A stretch of 64,000 nucleotides of DNA from Nitrososphaera sp. (lineage in GTDB: Archaea > Thermoproteota > EX4484-205 > JAAOZO01): positions 4,157 through 68,156 of the forward strand of contig JBAMLO010000049.1 of the NCBI GenBank assembly GCA_039793485.1, given 5' to 3'. This document shows, in pieces, positions 56,666-64,000 of this stretch. Numbering within the stretch: position 1 is the first letter of the stretch; each line of letters starts with the position of its first letter. The notes beneath the pieces were generated by a model that saw nothing but the letters and a program-made list of their open reading frames with translations, ran no database searches and was not told where the DNA came from. The position numbers and the translations under genes were made by a program.

Positions 56666-56894
56666 AGTAGAAATAAGAACTAAAGTTGAGGACGAGAATG
56701 TTGCTAGAATTCTTACGCTTTCTCTTACTCCAGATGAGGAGTTTGAGTTAGAAGGGTTAGCTATAAGAACAACTTATGAGAAAAACATAGTGACTACAAA
56801 AGTTGTTTGTTCGAGAGGTCCAAGGTCCTTAGCTGAAACACTAAATGAAATAATGCTTGCTTACGAAGTTGTTTTTGGTTCTATGGAGCTTTAA
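56631..56894 (+). CDS. Possible KEOPS subunit Pcc1-like protein
   Basis: 87 aa with a SLTPDEE...RSLAETLNEIMLAYEVV pattern reminiscent of Pcc1. Context only. Confidence 0.3.
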   Translation: MKVCWMKNPEIEVEIRTKVEDENVARILTLSLTPDEEFELEGLAIRTTYEKNIVTTKVVCSRGPRSLAETLNEIMLAYEVVFGSMEL

Positions 56895-56896
56895 CT

Positions 56897-58426
56897 TCAC
56901 GGCCACGTTACAAGCTTTATGTTTTCAGGAAGCTTCCCTAGATATTTTCTAAAATCCTTTGGCCAATCCTCTGGATTAAAGCCGTGGTTTGCGAGCAAAG
57001 AAATAACCCATCTTTCAAGTCCATTTCCAGAGCAGCCAGTCCAAACTTCTCTTTCTTTTTTCTCCTTAACGTTATACCATTGCATGTACTTGTCAAAATG
57101 CACGGAAGCATTTCCAACTTCTAGCCATTCGCTAGTTTCTCTTTTTCCCCTATACGGTAGGTAAACTTCAAAGTCAAGCGTTGCAGGTATGCTTCTTTGC
57201 ACGTCGCTTGTAACGCCCGCATGAGCCATCCAAACTGGAGTAACTTCTACAGTCCTTACTTCAAGGTCTAAAGTTTTGTCAAGGACTCTTTGGTAGGAGT
57301 CAACCAACTTGTCTCTAATCTCCACAACTTGTTCTGGGGTTCCAAGGTACGTAATCTCTATTCTGTTGAAGGCATTTAGCCTTTCTAAACCAGTTAATCC
57401 CCCCGACTCATACCTAAAGCTAAACCCCGACCTATCAAAGAGCTTTATTGGCCCTTGGTCAACGTCAACAATTTCTCCAGAGAATATTTCGTAGAAGGGC
57501 TCGCATTGAGCATATGGCAAAGCGTACGTTGGGGGCTTAAGCTTGCCTAAAAGTTCAGTTGGCAAGGTCTCGTTTGTAACTTTTACTTTGTCCATGTAGT
57601 CTTCAAAGTAGGAAACGTCTCTTGAAATCGGCTCACAAACATAGAACATTTCATTTGGTATGCCATAAAGTTGCCCTTTCTTCCTCATTACTTCTAACGT
57701 GATTAGTTTTGGGAAGTAAGCTTCTACGAAGCCATTTGGCACTGCAATTTCTTCGACTATTATCTTCTCCATGGCCCTCATTAAAGCAGCAAACGGTGGC
57801 ATGTAGTACCAAATTCCTTGGTCAAATCTTTTAACCCACCCTCTCTTTACTAGCTCTAAGTTTGGGTCAACATCGTACTTGTGGGGCTTTTGCTGACTGC
57901 TCCACTTTATTTCATGTATCTCCTTGCCAGTTGGAGCTTCCTGTTGCTTTTCTAAGAAAAGCTTAACTATCCTATCTGGAACCTGAGAGTAAATTTCCTT
58001 TTCAGTTAAGTTAAGTTTTACTCTCGCTTCGTTTTCGTTGGTCGTTACTTCCTTTGTAAATGGTAAGCTAACTTTCTTGAAGTTGCTACCTTCGAAGATT
58101 ATTTCGTAGTCTTCAACTTGAATTTCTCTTACTCCAATCCCAAGCTTCTTGCCAAGCTCTTCTCCAATTGCTTTTCTTAGCCTTGCAAAAGCATCATGGG
58201 GCCTCACGCTTCTCCCCGAAGAAATCTCCAAACTTATTTTATTATCAAAAACTTCAAAATTTTCAATCTTTGCCGCTTCTTCTTTTACTTTAGTTCCCTT
58301 TGAAAGAAGCTCTCCTGCTCTAAGCTTAATCCATTTGCTTAGTTCATCTCTTTTTTCTTCCTCGAGAGGCTTACTGAGCTTAAGGGTAGCCCTTGCCCTA
58401 AAGCTTATCCTCCTTACTTTCTCCAT
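56897..58426 (-). CDS. serS: Seryl-tRNA synthetase, methanogen-type (type-2 SerRS)
   Basis: Blocks GRSVRPHDAFARLRK, VPDRIV, FDRSGFSFRYESGGLTGLERL, LPYRG...W and WTGCSGNGLERW closely parallel Methanosarcina type-2 SerRS. Confidence 0.8.
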   Translation of the reverse strand: MEKVRRISFRARATLKLSKPLEEEKRDELSKWIKLRAGELLSKGTKVKEEAAKIENFEVFDNKISLEISSGRSVRPHDAFARLRKAIGEELGKKLGIGVREIQVEDYEIIFEGSNFKKVSLPFTKEVTTNENEARVKLNLTEKEIYSQVPDRIVKLFLEKQQEAPTGKEIHEIKWSSQQKPHKYDVDPNLELVKRGWVKRFDQGIWYYMPPFAALMRAMEKIIVEEIAVPNGFVEAYFPKLITLEVMRKKGQLYGIPNEMFYVCEPISRDVSYFEDYMDKVKVTNETLPTELLGKLKPPTYALPYAQCEPFYEIFSGEIVDVDQGPIKLFDRSGFSFRYESGGLTGLERLNAFNRIEITYLGTPEQVVEIRDKLVDSYQRVLDKTLDLEVRTVEVTPVWMAHAGVTSDVQRSIPATLDFEVYLPYRGKRETSEWLEVGNASVHFDKYMQWYNVKEKKEREVWTGCSGNGLERWVISLLANHGFNPEDWPKDFRKYLGKLPENIKLVTWP

Positions 58427-58477
58427 TTCTCCCTACAGAATTGCTTAAATACCTTATTTAAGCCTGAGTGCGTAGAA

Positions 58478-59080
58478 TTGTCGACTAGGAAAAAAAGAGA
58501 AAGAGTTGAGCTGTGGCTTGAAGTAACGTCACCAAGCTACTTAGGAGAAAAGCCAGTTGGGAACATACTAGTTTACTCTGAACAAGAAGCAATAGGGAGA
58601 ACCTTAGAAATTCTTTACTCAGACATAACGGAAGACCCCTCGCACTCCTATACAAAAATTAAGCTAAGAGTAGTTGAAGTCTCTGGAGGCGTTGCAAAGA
58701 CTTCTTATTGGGGGCACGAGGTTTCAAGAGACTACTTAAGAAGTATACTTAGAAGAGGCTCGTCAAAAGTTGAACCAATAATAGACGCTACAACAAAAGA
58801 CGGCTACTTACTTCGCCTAAGAGTAACCTTAATTACAAGAGAAAAGATATCTTCAAACAAATCAACTTTCATCCACCACCTACTAACGGACATGATGAAG
58901 GAAAAAGTTTCTTCAATGAAGCTTCACCAACTTGTTCAGGACATGCTTTCCGGAAAAACTGAGTCTGACATCTTCAACTTAGCAAAGAAGCACGCTAGAA
59001 TTAAATACGCTGGAGTTTCAAAAGTAAAGATTCTCCAAACTCCAGAAGTGAAGAAAGAAGAGGTTGCGGCTGCTACTTAG
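58478..59080 (+). CDS. rps3ae: Ribosomal protein S3Ae (eS1)
   Basis: N-terminal basic region followed by W...V..P..LG, typical of eS1. About 200 aa. Confidence 0.8.
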   Translation: MSTRKKRERVELWLEVTSPSYLGEKPVGNILVYSEQEAIGRTLEILYSDITEDPSHSYTKIKLRVVEVSGGVAKTSYWGHEVSRDYLRSILRRGSSKVEPIIDATTKDGYLLRLRVTLITREKISSNKSTFIHHLLTDMMKEKVSSMKLHQLVQDMLSGKTESDIFNLAKKHARIKYAGVSKVKILQTPEVKKEEVAAAT

Positions 59081-60272
59081 ATGCTGAGACTATGCTTATT
59101 ACGTCAAGGTGCTTAAGCTTATAGTCATCAGGTAGCCTAATCATCTTTCTTGCATCTACAGCATAAAGAAAGTTTTTTCCTATTTCACTGTGTATCGCAA
59201 AAGCTAAGTCTCTCACAGTTGAGTCTTTGTCCATTAGATAAACGTCTGGAAGAACTCTTCCCTTGTTATCTGTAAGTTTCCTTGGGTCTGCAACTGGATA
59301 GACTGCAACCATGCCAAGAAGGTTAAAGGTGGCGTGCTCCAAAGCTTGTTGCACTCCAGTGCTACCCCATTTTTCAAGGACTTTCTCTCTTATGAAGTTA
59401 AGTGCCCTAAGCTGAGCTTCTTTTATTTTTATTCCCTCCTTCATTTTAAAGGAGCTTTCTCCTGCAACATAGTCTATGATTCCAAGCTTGTCTGCTCTCT
59501 TTAGTGCAAGTTCAGCCTCTGCAGAAACTGGAACAACAGAGTAGCCTTCTTTAGTTAATCGTTTAATGTTTTCCTCAGCCTCTGGAACGTCTACTTTGTT
59601 TGCAACGATCAAAGTTGGCTTTGTTAGCTTCATTAAAAGCTTAGAGAAAGAGAGGAAGTCCTCTTCCTTCCACAGCTTTGCTTCCTCTGGAAGCTCACTA
59701 CTAGAAATAACTTCTTTTACTACGCCTTCGCTCTTAGCTAAGTTTGAAATCGTGGAAAATATTGCTTCTGCTAAGTTCAGCTTCTGAACTTCCTGCTTCC
59801 TTGCTACTTTTTCCCAGTTCTTCTTCAAAACTTCAACCTGCCACATTATGTACTCTTCCTCAAGAAACTTTATGTCCTTTAGGACATCGTGGCTTCCAGG
59901 CTTAACCGGTCTTCCTTCCTCGTCGGTTCCCCCGGAAGCGTCTACAATATGAAGTAAGGCGTCAGCTGTACTAACTTCTGTAAGGAACTGGTTTCCAAGG
60001 CCTCTTCCTTCGTGTGCTCCTGGAACTAAGCCAGGCAAGTCAACAAGCTGCACTGGAACAAACCTGTAGCCACCTCTTACGAAAGAATTGTTTGGTTCGG
60101 GCTTTACGTTAAACTCTTCTGAAACTTCCTTTATCCTAACGTAGCCAACTCCAACGTTTGGCTCAATCGTAGTAAAGGGGTAGTTTGCTATCTTTACTGG
60201 AATCAACGTTGCAGCCGCAAAAAACGTTGATTTTCCAACGTTTGGTTTCCCCGTTACGCCTATTAATCTCAA
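59073..60272 (-). CDS. ychF: YchF/OLA1-type Obg-family GTPase/ATPase
   Basis: G1 GKPNVGKST, ANYPFTTIEPN and GLGNQFL. Confidence 0.75.
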   Translation of the reverse strand: MRLIGVTGKPNVGKSTFFAAATLIPVKIANYPFTTIEPNVGVGYVRIKEVSEEFNVKPEPNNSFVRGGYRFVPVQLVDLPGLVPGAHEGRGLGNQFLTEVSTADALLHIVDASGGTDEEGRPVKPGSHDVLKDIKFLEEEYIMWQVEVLKKNWEKVARKQEVQKLNLAEAIFSTISNLAKSEGVVKEVISSSELPEEAKLWKEEDFLSFSKLLMKLTKPTLIVANKVDVPEAEENIKRLTKEGYSVVPVSAEAELALKRADKLGIIDYVAGESSFKMKEGIKIKEAQLRALNFIREKVLEKWGSTGVQQALEHATFNLLGMVAVYPVADPRKLTDNKGRVLPDVYLMDKDSTVRDLAFAIHSEIGKNFLYAVDARKMIRLPDDYKLKHLDVISIVSASK

Positions 60273-60339
60273 CTCCTTGTACTATAGTTAAGGAAAAGAT
60301 TATTTAAGGAGTTTTGTTAGCTTGAGCGCGACGAAGTAA

Positions 60340-60750
60340 ATGAAAGTTAAGCTTTCGGAGGAGCTTAAGGCAGAACTAAAGGCGGCTCTTGAAGACTTTA
60401 ACAAAAAAGTACTCGAAAGGGTAAGAAAGTTGCCGGCAGTAGCTAAGTTAGAAAGGCCTTTTAGGGTTTCAAGGTGCAGGCGTCTTGGCTACAAACCAAA
60501 GCCTGGTTACGTTGTAGTTGTAAGTAGAGTACCAAGAGGCGGAAGAAGAAAGCCTAGGCCAAACTCTGGGCGAAGGCCAAAGCACGCTGGTTCTGTACTT
60601 TTTACTCCTGGACTAAGCAGAAAAGAAATAGCAGTCTACAGGGCAAAAAGAAAGTTTCCAAACATGAAGGTTCTAGGTGCTCATAAGCTAGTAGAAGACG
60701 GAAGACACATTTGGTATGAAATTGTAATGGTAGACAAAACCTTAGCTTAA
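60340..60750 (+). CDS. rpl15e: Ribosomal protein L15e (short form)
   Basis: The core RLGYKPKPGYVVVVSRVPRGGRRKPRP...FPNMKVLGA...GRHIWYEIVMVD matches eL15. It lacks the usual N- and C-terminal extensions and is 136 aa. Confidence 0.7.
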   Translation: MKVKLSEELKAELKAALEDFNKKVLERVRKLPAVAKLERPFRVSRCRRLGYKPKPGYVVVVSRVPRGGRRKPRPNSGRRPKHAGSVLFTPGLSRKEIAVYRAKRKFPNMKVLGAHKLVEDGRHIWYEIVMVDKTLA

Positions 60751-60777
60751 ACTTTTTAACTGGGTTTTTTAAGTTAG

Positions 60778-61548
60778 TTGCAAATGAGCTTTGTTCAGGA
60801 AGAAAGGCTAAGAGTCCCAACCGGAGTTGTAAACTTCGATAAGCTTATAAGTGGAGGCCTAATAAGAGGAAAAACTTACTTAGTTGCTGGAGAAACTGGA
60901 ACTGGAAAAACAATCTTTTCCTTAAAGTTCTTGCTTACCGGAGCACAAAATGGAGAACCAGGCTTATACATTCCTTTTGATGAAACCATAGATAGCACTA
61001 TAGAAGGTGCCCTAACTTTGGGATGGGACCTAATGGACCCAATAAAGAAAGGCTTAATTGAAATTCTTGATGTTAGACCTTTCTTCGCTGAAGTTACAAG
61101 GGAAAAGTTCATGGCTGAAACTGTAAAAGAAGTTATAAATGAACTAAAAAGACACGTAGGAAGAATAAAAGCTAAGAGGCTTGTAGTTGATCCAGTGGCA
61201 CCTTTGCTTGGAGAAGTTGTAGATATCTCTTGGACTAGGGACTACATAAGAGCTCTAGTTTCTGCCATTGAAAGGTTCTTAGGAACTACCACAATAATAA
61301 CTTCTGAGATTCCAACATCTTCAAATGCCTTAAGCAGGTTTGGGGTTGAAGAGTTCCTAGCTTCAGGAATAATAAGGCTATCGATTGAGAAGATAGACTT
61401 CATGAACGTAAGAACAATAACAGTTAGAAAGATGAGATGGACAAAGGTTGACCTCATGCCATACGTTTACGAAATAAAACCGGGAGAAGGAATAGTCGTA
61501 GGTGACCCTTTACCTACATTCATGAACAAGGTAAGGAAGCTGTACTAA
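60778..61548 (+). CDS. KaiC-like RecA-superfamily ATPase
   Basis: Walker A GETGTGKT. Single KaiC/RadA-like domain of about 250 aa. Confidence 0.7.
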   Translation: MQMSFVQEERLRVPTGVVNFDKLISGGLIRGKTYLVAGETGTGKTIFSLKFLLTGAQNGEPGLYIPFDETIDSTIEGALTLGWDLMDPIKKGLIEILDVRPFFAEVTREKFMAETVKEVINELKRHVGRIKAKRLVVDPVAPLLGEVVDISWTRDYIRALVSAIERFLGTTTIITSEIPTSSNALSRFGVEEFLASGIIRLSIEKIDFMNVRTITVRKMRWTKVDLMPYVYEIKPGEGIVVGDPLPTFMNKVRKLY

Positions 61549-61748
61549 CTGAATCCCAAGAAAGTCAGAAACAAAGGATATATTGCAAGGCTATAGCTTA
61601 ATTCTCTGCCTCTATCTTTTTGGAAGGTAGTAGCATTTCAGGTGCCATTAAATTTTTACGCAAGTTTCTTCTTAGTTAAGAATTAGTTTTAAAGTTTAAA
61701 ATATATTTTAACAACAGAAGCGTAGCCACTGAAATAGCTAAAAGTCTT

Positions 61749-63692
61749 TTGGCACATAGACGATTCGTCTATAAAACTTATAAGACTCTGTCGTCCAACG
61801 ATGCCAATATGGATGCAAAGAACTCTATGCCAAAGTTAACTAAACTTTTACCTAAAGCTCTTAGCAACCAGAGAACAAAAAGTTCTTACTTGAATAAGCT
61901 CTTTAGCTTTTGGTTTATATCTATATTACTTCTTATATCTTCAACTTTTTATCCCTTTAATTTTGGAGAAAAAGAAATTGTTTATGGTGCAACTTACAGT
62001 ACAGCAAGCACCAGTTCGCCTCTAATTAATGTATATGGCATAGTAGTAGATTCCAACAACAATCCAATTTGGGGTGTATCAGTTTCTATTTACGACAGCT
62101 ATGGCTCTCTTGTTACCCAAACCCAAACTTCATCAGCTGGGAACTTCATAGTAACACTAAATCCCGGCACATATAGGGTTCAGCTTGATAAAGTAGGTTA
62201 TGAGTATAAGTCGATAACGTTCAACGTTCCAAGCACTGGACCTGTGTACTTAGGAACTATTACCTTAGGCTATAGTCTCTCACTTTCTGTAGCACTAACT
62301 TACTTAAAAGTGAACTGTCTATCAGAAGTTAACATACCTATAACGATAACTGAAAAAGGTTCACGAAATGAACTAGTTAATCTTTCAGTAAACGCTCCAA
62401 AAGGATGGAGTGCTGGTGTTTACCTAGGACAAACTGAGATAGGTGGACTAAACTTAGCTCCAAATCAAGTTCAGAATCTTAATCTTAATCTACAAATCCC
62501 CTACAACGCTTCTGGTCTTTACAATGTAACGATTGTAGCGTCTGGATGGACAATACAAAATGAAACAATTTCAGTCTATGTTAATAATGTTGATCCACAA
62601 CTTTTAACCTCAACGTATTCAATTATTAAAGCTATGCCAGATTCAACAGCTAACTTCGATCTAACTATCAGCAATAAACTTTCAGAAAGGTTCTTTGGCA
62701 TAATATCTATTGAGCTTCCAAATGGGTGGATTGGAAGCATTACAAATAACGCAGATGGCAACAACTTGTATGGAATTTCTCTTGATCCTGGAAGTTTTAT
62801 TAAGGCAACAGCTACTTTACAAGTTCCTGGGAACATAGCCTCGGGTGACTATGTTGTTGCTGTAAAGCTTGAAGGCACAGATCCATACTTTATATCAAAG
62901 CTTCAACTTCATGTTGTTATAGCGCAAGGAGCTCCCGTTGTAAAGCTTCACACAGATACTCCATATCTTGACGCTTACGCTGGGCAGGCAGTTAGTTTTC
63001 CTGTAGATGTAAAAAACGTTGGAGACGCTAACGGCATCGTAAGCATAAACCTAAAGGGACTTCCTCCGGGTTATAGTTGGATGGCCAAAGATCCTAGTGG
63101 AAACGTTCTTTCTAAGCTTTACTTGAAGGCTGGAGAAGATAAAAACTTAAGGATAGTTGTAAGTATACCTCCATTAGCTGAACCCAGTGTTTTGTCCTTT
63201 GCTCTAGAAGCCAACTCAAGTAGTTCCTATGATAATATTTCTCTTAGTCTTGGTATCCTTGGAAGTTACAGCATAAATTATGTAACTCAAAGCTTTTATG
63301 TAGAATCAACTGCTGGTGCTACAACAACATTTCAAGTACAGGTTCAAAACACAGGCTACAGCTCTTTGACCAACGTAAAAATTAATTTAGCTAATATTCC
63401 AAGTAGTTTTGACGTGCAAGTTGATCCCAATCTCGTTCTCTTACTTAAGCCTCAGGACACTGCTACTTTTACTATAACGATTACTACTACCGCAGACGTA
63501 AGCGCTGGAGACTACTACATAACTTTGGGCCTTACAGCAGACCAGCTTACCGCGGACCAAACTTCAAGCTTAGTTAGAGCTCTTCACGTCTATTTAAAGC
63601 AAAGTAGTGTTGTTGTTTATGTTGGAGTGGGAATTGTTTTAGTTGTGTTGGTAGCGTTGTTTATAGTTTACAGGAGGTATGGTAGGAGGTGA
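61749..63692 (+). CDS. Large extracellular/surface protein with an N-terminal signal anchor, a carboxypeptidase-regulatory-like beta-sandwich domain, CARDB/DUF11-like repeats and a C-terminal TM anchor
   Basis: N-terminal hydrophobic segment. The GTYRVQLDKVGYEY pattern is CarboxypepD_reg-like. The C-terminal TM is VVVYVGVGIVLVVLVALFIV followed by basic RRYGRR. An ABC ATPase gene follows, as in the COG1470-ABC arrangement. Confidence 0.5.
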   Translation: MAHRRFVYKTYKTLSSNDANMDAKNSMPKLTKLLPKALSNQRTKSSYLNKLFSFWFISILLLISSTFYPFNFGEKEIVYGATYSTASTSSPLINVYGIVVDSNNNPIWGVSVSIYDSYGSLVTQTQTSSAGNFIVTLNPGTYRVQLDKVGYEYKSITFNVPSTGPVYLGTITLGYSLSLSVALTYLKVNCLSEVNIPITITEKGSRNELVNLSVNAPKGWSAGVYLGQTEIGGLNLAPNQVQNLNLNLQIPYNASGLYNVTIVASGWTIQNETISVYVNNVDPQLLTSTYSIIKAMPDSTANFDLTISNKLSERFFGIISIELPNGWIGSITNNADGNNLYGISLDPGSFIKATATLQVPGNIASGDYVVAVKLEGTDPYFISKLQLHVVIAQGAPVVKLHTDTPYLDAYAGQAVSFPVDVKNVGDANGIVSINLKGLPPGYSWMAKDPSGNVLSKLYLKAGEDKNLRIVVSIPPLAEPSVLSFALEANSSSSYDNISLSLGILGSYSINYVTQSFYVESTAGATTTFQVQVQNTGYSSLTNVKINLANIPSSFDVQVDPNLVLLLKPQDTATFTITITTTADVSAGDYYITLGLTADQLTADQTSSLVRALHVYLKQSSVVVYVGVGIVLVVLVALFIVYRRYGRR

Positions 63693-63697
63693 GAAAG

Positions 63698-64000
63698 ATG
63701 GAATACGCAATAGAAACAGAGAACCTAGTCAAGGTCTATGGAGACAAAAAGTCAGAGGTTAGAGCACTTGACGGAGTTAATTTAAAAGTGCCAAAAGGGA
63801 GCATTTTTGGGCTTCTTGGTCCAAATGGCTCTGGAAAGTCAACCTTGATCTCAATCTTAGTAGGATTGTTGCTACCAACTAGCGGAAGTGCTAAGGTTCT
63901 AGGCTTTGACGTAATAAGGCAATCTGTAGAAATTAGGAAGAGGGTTGGCCTTCTTCCAGAAGGCTTTGGACTCTACGAGTACATGACCGCACTTGAAAAC
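63698..64000 (+). CDS. ABC transporter ATP-binding protein (3'-truncated by window edge)
   Basis: MEYAIETENLVKVYGDKKSEVRALDGVNLKVPKGSIFGLLGPNGSGKSTLI carries the Walker A motif. Confidence 0.75.
   Translation, partial: MEYAIETENLVKVYGDKKSEVRALDGVNLKVPKGSIFGLLGPNGSGKSTLISILVGLLLPTSGSAKVLGFDVIRQSVEIRKRVGLLPEGFGLYEYMTALEN

Noticed and set aside
62471-62495. Short tandem repeat aatcttaatcttaatct inside the surface-protein gene.
   Set aside because: Trivial in-frame repeat encoding NLNLNL within a coding region. It is not a CRISPR array or a satellite.
1-64000. Scanned intergenic regions for tRNA or rRNA genes and for CRISPR repeats.
   Set aside because: No T-loop or anticodon-arm-consistent sequences and no regularly spaced direct repeats were found. 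I cannot exclude small RNAs such as C/D-box sRNAs without covariance-model tools.

Overview
This window is a gene-dense, AT-rich (roughly mid-30s % GC by eye) archaeal chromosomal segment with about 70 protein genes on both strands. I found no tRNA or rRNA gene and no CRISPR array.

Recognisable content, in order along the window:
- A tRNA-maturation cluster: a partial m2G/N6-type methyltransferase, RNase Z, a UPF0200-type kinase, the 2',3'-cyclic phosphodiesterase ThpR, and the CCA-adding enzyme.
- An ABC exporter with an N-terminal PH-like domain and a small overlapping partner gene.
- A surface-glycan block: a flippase, an NDP-sugar pyrophosphorylase, a tandem-GNAT acetyltransferase, a DegT-family aminotransferase, and hydrolases.
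- MTA phosphorylase next to an MTA/SAH deaminase.
- A MIPS-like (Ino1-type Rossmann) protein, then an AnmK-like anhydro-sugar kinase.
- The NAD operon nadA-nadC-nadB.
- A TldD/PmbA pair, a neutral-ceramidase-like hydrolase, an MFS transporter, and SppA.
- A replication island: a divergent Orc1/Cdc6-like protein, a small winged-helix protein, RFC large and small subunits, a GINS-like protein, MCM, and Hel308.
- pyrF and pyrE, RNase HII, fibrillarin with Nop5, and a PIN (Fcf1-like) protein.
- RNA polymerase subunit Rpo7 (E'), Spt4, and a DUF359-type dephospho-CoA kinase.
- Ham1 (ITPase), then Bud32 and Kae1, ribosomal proteins S27ae, S24e, S15, S3Ae and L15e, a RecJ/GAN-like nuclease, and a Pcc1-like protein.
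- A methanogen-type (type-2) SerRS, a YchF GTPase, a KaiC-like ATPase, and a large surface protein followed by an ABC ATPase.

The most striking feature is a 2.9-kb, three-gene insertion bounded by 100 % identical 135-bp direct repeats that duplicate the 3' end of ham1. It carries a TGT/DpdA-like transglycosylase with a perfect C-x-C-x2-C-x25-H zinc signature and an N-terminal CxxxCxxC cysteine cluster, a two-motif LAGLIDADG endonuclease-like protein, and an unknown protein. No integrase is recognisable.

Second, two intergenic elements of about 200 nt (near 32.8 kb and 43.7 kb) share an exact 19-mer and several conserved blocks, and their closing helices co-vary. They look like either a novel structured ncRNA family or a MITE-like repeat.

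All calls rest on reading the ORF translations and the raw sequence. No database search was possible.
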